Of a stretch of DNA of 64,000 nt, positions 61,501 to 64,000 are shown in pieces; within the stretch, counting starts at the first letter, position 1, and every line of letters starts with the position of its first letter. A program made the translations under genes and the position numbers. The stretch spans positions 17,480 through 81,479 of the forward strand of contig CBDAOY010000002.1 of the NCBI GenBank assembly GCA_965198225.1, written 5' to 3'. This DNA comes from Terriglobia bacterium. Its GTDB lineage: Bacteria; Acidobacteriota; Terriglobia; 20CM-2-55-15. The notes under the pieces were generated by a model. That model was not told where the DNA came from. It saw only the letters and a list, made by a program, of their open reading frames with translations, and made no database searches.

Positions 61501-62052
61501 CATGAACAGGAGGTCATCACTCTCAACCGCGGTCTGACCGTGTTTCGTCCAGCAATGATGTTGAAGGTCACGCGAGACGGGAAGCCCTTCACAATCGCGG
61601 ACTTCAAGCCGCTGCAAGAGCACTATGCCGAACAGACTGCGCAGATCCATGTCGTCACGGAGTACGCAAAGCTAGGCATGGCCGACATTCACTTGGCGCT
61701 CCGCCTCGCGATGGACTACTTCCAGCTTGATAACAAGGAGTTCGTCGACAAATGGTTCAAGGGTAAGGAGACGACGCTCCGCCGCAATACCCTCCCAGAG
61801 CACTACGAAGAGATCGTGAAGAAGCTTGGCAACCGGACCCAGGAGCGGATTGTCGCTGACGATCGCGACCGCACCAACGTGCTGGTACTCGCAGGCCCGG
61901 GATCGGGCAAGACGCGCGTGCTGGTGCACCGCATTGCCTACCTCATCCGTGTGCGCCGCGAAAACCCGGGAAGCATATTGGCGCTCACCTACAACCGCCA
62001 CGCAGCCGTGGAGGCACGACGGCGCCTCCACGAATCAGGTACCGCCCGCTGA
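58516..62052 (+). CDS. Large helicase fusion, 5' part: exonuclease-like, RecQ core and start of a UvrD domain
   Basis: IDLE..GHNII.HD..DTL; PTGTGKSLCYQLP, DEAHCLSKWGHDFRPDY, QEAGRAGRDG; AGPGSGKTR. Confidence 0.88.
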   Translation: MAVQRWSDVREVGNRLAAHGLAGLLSIDLEGSKSIGSIGAIRTDRSTTYAWRGDKTGLRAALATLDEFAAGASYLVGHNIIEHDLELLAKHAPELKLLTLPAIDTLYLSPLAFPENPYHHLVKQYQEPTLTRVQINDPLLDAELTLELLADVADALKMREGDLLHVWHALLATGVKGHAFDRVFRTIRGSNATPLVKNAVPAITGRLGKGGCPNQAADIARNALSDPLALTYLLAWLPAAGGNSIIPPYVEKRFEPSRLATKLRDAYCGERTCRWCSERLDPTKALKRWFGFPSFRDQPQSRDGKSLQQSITERHLARAHVLGILPTGTGKSLCYQLPALMRYEATGALTVVISPLVALMADQVTAMRRQGIVCATTINGLISMPERAEALDQIRLGDAGIVLVAPEQLRNRSFRKAITGRRIGAWVVDEAHCLSKWGHDFRPDYRYVARYIAEHQAESRAPILCLTATAKNDVVEDIRDHFEQTLRSQLEVIDGGAERGNLAFVVMPTSASQRIEHIHQALEDALEREDSGGAIVYCTTKRSTEETAQALADRGLTAQHFHSGLSPERKREIQRGFHEGEIDVVVATNAFGMGIDKPDVRAVVHAEIPGSLESYLQEAGRAGRDGAYAHCLLLFEPDDTERQFSLTARSRLERRDIQAVLRALRRLDQRRRRHHGDTEDTVVATTGEILLEDDDGEFTRDSVTDDHRVRTALAWLEEAKLARRDENYTSVFPSSLRVPNLTAARERIEREGNKRKIRKDVRVQMLRVVQTLANADPDIGVSTDELMNECGCSPQQLRKVFSTLEEIGVASNDVRITVYVHAGVENASSRRLTLARELEEALIAELREEAPDQEIDTWTRLALRPLAQRLREKDIENPLPERLVRLLRSISADGRDEPDAKRSIEIRARDMETIGVRLRRNWAGIDRIARLRRDGAARLLEHLVRKVPDGVRGVDLLVETTYGALVQAIKDDLALRSELKNQTTQPLVDRALLWMHEQEVITLNRGLTVFRPAMMLKVTRDGKPFTIADFKPLQEHYAEQTAQIHVVTEYAKLGMADIHLALRLAMDYFQLDNKEFVDKWFKGKETTLRRNTLPEHYEEIVKKLGNRTQERIVADDRDRTNVLVLAGPGSGKTRVLVHRIAYLIRVRRENPGSILALTYNRHAAVEARRRLHESGTAR

Positions 62053-62309
62053 GCGGGCGGTATGACGAAGGCCCCCCGAGGGGGCCTATAAGGGCATCCT
62101 TCCTTCCAGCCTTCTGGCCATCACAATCCACCTGTCGCTTTCGCCCGATGACGTGGACGCCGAGTGACACGACCGATGCGATACAATCCGTCGTGCTGGT
62201 GCACCGCATTGCCTACCTCATCCGTGTGCGCCGCGAAAACCCGGGAAGCATATTGGCGCTCGACCTACAACCGCCACGCAGCCGTGGAGGCACGACGGCG
62301 CCTCCACGA
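61917..62309 (+). repeat. 117-bp direct duplication around a 158-bp hairpin-bearing insert
   Basis: 61917-62033 repeated at 62192-62309 with one extra G. Confidence 0.9.
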
Positions 62310-64000
62310 GTTAATCGGAAGCGACGCACGTGGCGTCAACATCCTGACCTGCCACGCACTCGCGATGCGGATCCTTGGGGTTTCCTTTGCACAGGCCGCT
62401 GCAAACCCCAGCGACGAAACGTTCAACAACATCCTTCGGGAGGCCACGCGACTTCTAAGGATCGACGAGGCAGCCGCCTTCGTAACGCGGGAGCAGATGC
62501 TCGGACGCCTCAATTGGATTGTCGTTGATGAGTATCAGGACATCGGCGAGCCCGAGTACGAACTGATCGCAGCCCTCGCCGGAAAGAAGCTCGCCGAAGA
62601 CGATGCGAGACTGAATCTGTTCGCGGTAGGAGACGACGACCAGAACATCTACGCGTGGAAGGGCGCATCCGTGCGCTTCATCCGCCGCTTCGCCGAGGAC
62701 TATCACGCAAAGGAGGAGTACCTCGTCGAGAACTACCGTTCGAGCGGATACATCATCGATGCGGCCAACCGGTGCATCGAAGGCGCGGAGGAACGTCTCA
62801 AACGAGACCACAGACTCCGAATCGACACCCGCCGCCAGACTGATCCGCCGGGCGGAGCATGGGCCCACCGCGACGACTTGGCAGGAGGCAAGGTCCAGAT
62901 CCTGCACGTCAGGGGCGGCCGGCTATCGCAGGCCGTGACCGCGGTCGAAGAACTCAGACGCCTCTCCGAACTGGACCCGGATTGGCAGTGGCGCCGATGC
63001 GCCATCATCGCCCGGAATTGGGCCGACCTCGAACCGGTGCGAAGCGCCTGCACGTTGCACGGGATACCGTCGCAGAGCGCGCGCGAGGAACTCTCATCGT
63101 CCTGGCGCGCCAGAGAGACGCAAAGGCTGCTCCGTGCCCTCGCCGCCAAGGGAACGGCCACGATCGAGACGCAGGAAATCCGCCGCTACCGCGCGGACTT
63201 GACCGGAGATCCTTGGGCCGATCTTCTGGCACAGGCCCTCGACGAACTCCTGCTAGAGGACGGCAATACGGCGGTCCTGCCCATCGCTTACGTGCAAAAC
63301 TGGCTCGGCGAATGGAGTAAGGAAATCCGACGCCAGCAGCAGGGCTTGCTGCTTACCAGCGCACACCGGGCCAAGGGCCTTGAGTTCGACCATGTCGTGA
63401 TCCTCGACGGAAGGTGGAAGGTTACAAGTGATGGCGAGGACGCCGATACCCCGCGCCGTCTTTACTATGTCTCTATGACGCGCGCCCGTGAGACGCTCAC
63501 ATTGGTGCAGCTGGAAGATGCCGACCACCCAGATCCCCGAGACGAGTTACTCGCCAAGAACCACGGGGAACGAGCCAGGACATTGCTTCAGCTGCTGAGG
63601 AATGCTCCATCGGTAGTGGACCGCCAAGCCCCGATCCCTGACATTTCCGACCAGCGACTGGACGAGACAATCATCGAATGCACCATGGCAAACGTCGTGT
63701 TGTCCTTTGCTGGATGGCGATCTCCGGAGAGCAAGGCACACCGCGCAATCGCAGCGCTTCAACCCGGAGACACCCTGTCTTTACTACACAACGACGACCA
63801 CTGGACTGTCTTCGACACCAAAGGACAACAAGTCGGGCGGATGGCAAGGAAGTGGTCCATGCCGAACGGTATGAGAATCGCTAAAGCGGTCGTGCACGGA
63901 ATTTTCACCCGGTGGGCGAGTGACGAAAGCGATGAAGAGCACAAACAGAGGCTCCGTTCCGAAACTTGGGAGGTTGTCGTGCCTCAACTCATGCTGGCGC
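62310..64000 (+). CDS. 3' continuation of the helicase fusion (UvrD/REP domain), runs off window
   Basis: ILTCHALA, VVDEYQD, AVGDDDQNIY, VENYRS, AHRAKGLEFD, RLYYVSMTRA read directly from DNA. Confidence 0.85.

Overview
GC-rich bacterial chromosome window. The VWFA and carboxypeptidase-regulatory families and the BMC genes suggest an Acidobacteriota-like organism (inference only). Positions 1-22.7 kb are core genome: vapBC, a DAACS symporter, a small bacterial-microcompartment module (class II aldolase with encapsulation peptide, BMC-H, three BMC-P) coupled to ruvAB, then pcrA, glmS, glmU, an internally deleted yvcK, csrA, dacB, PRODH, rnz, miaB and regulators. GTAG-type REP elements are interspersed, one split by a MITE. 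At tRNA-Asn (22.7 kb) a tyrosine-integrase genomic island starts and runs past the window end. It carries TA pairs, an FRG gene, an MmeI-like type IIL R-M enzyme, many IS remnants, an intact IS21, secreted LRR/VWA/Sel1/carboxypeptidase-regulatory proteins, a TusA-DsrE-(TusA-MetE-like) operon, a parA/RHH plus mobC-like plasmid remnant and a giant nuclease-RecQ-UvrD fusion. The most unusual signal is at 47.5-50.4 kb: three diverged copies of a ~240-nt structured leader with compensatory base changes. Each ends in an RBS in front of a small gene (two are PC4-like ssDNA-binding paralogs), and they are interleaved with a second hairpin-plus-motif repeat. All calls come from reading motifs by eye; no database searches were run.
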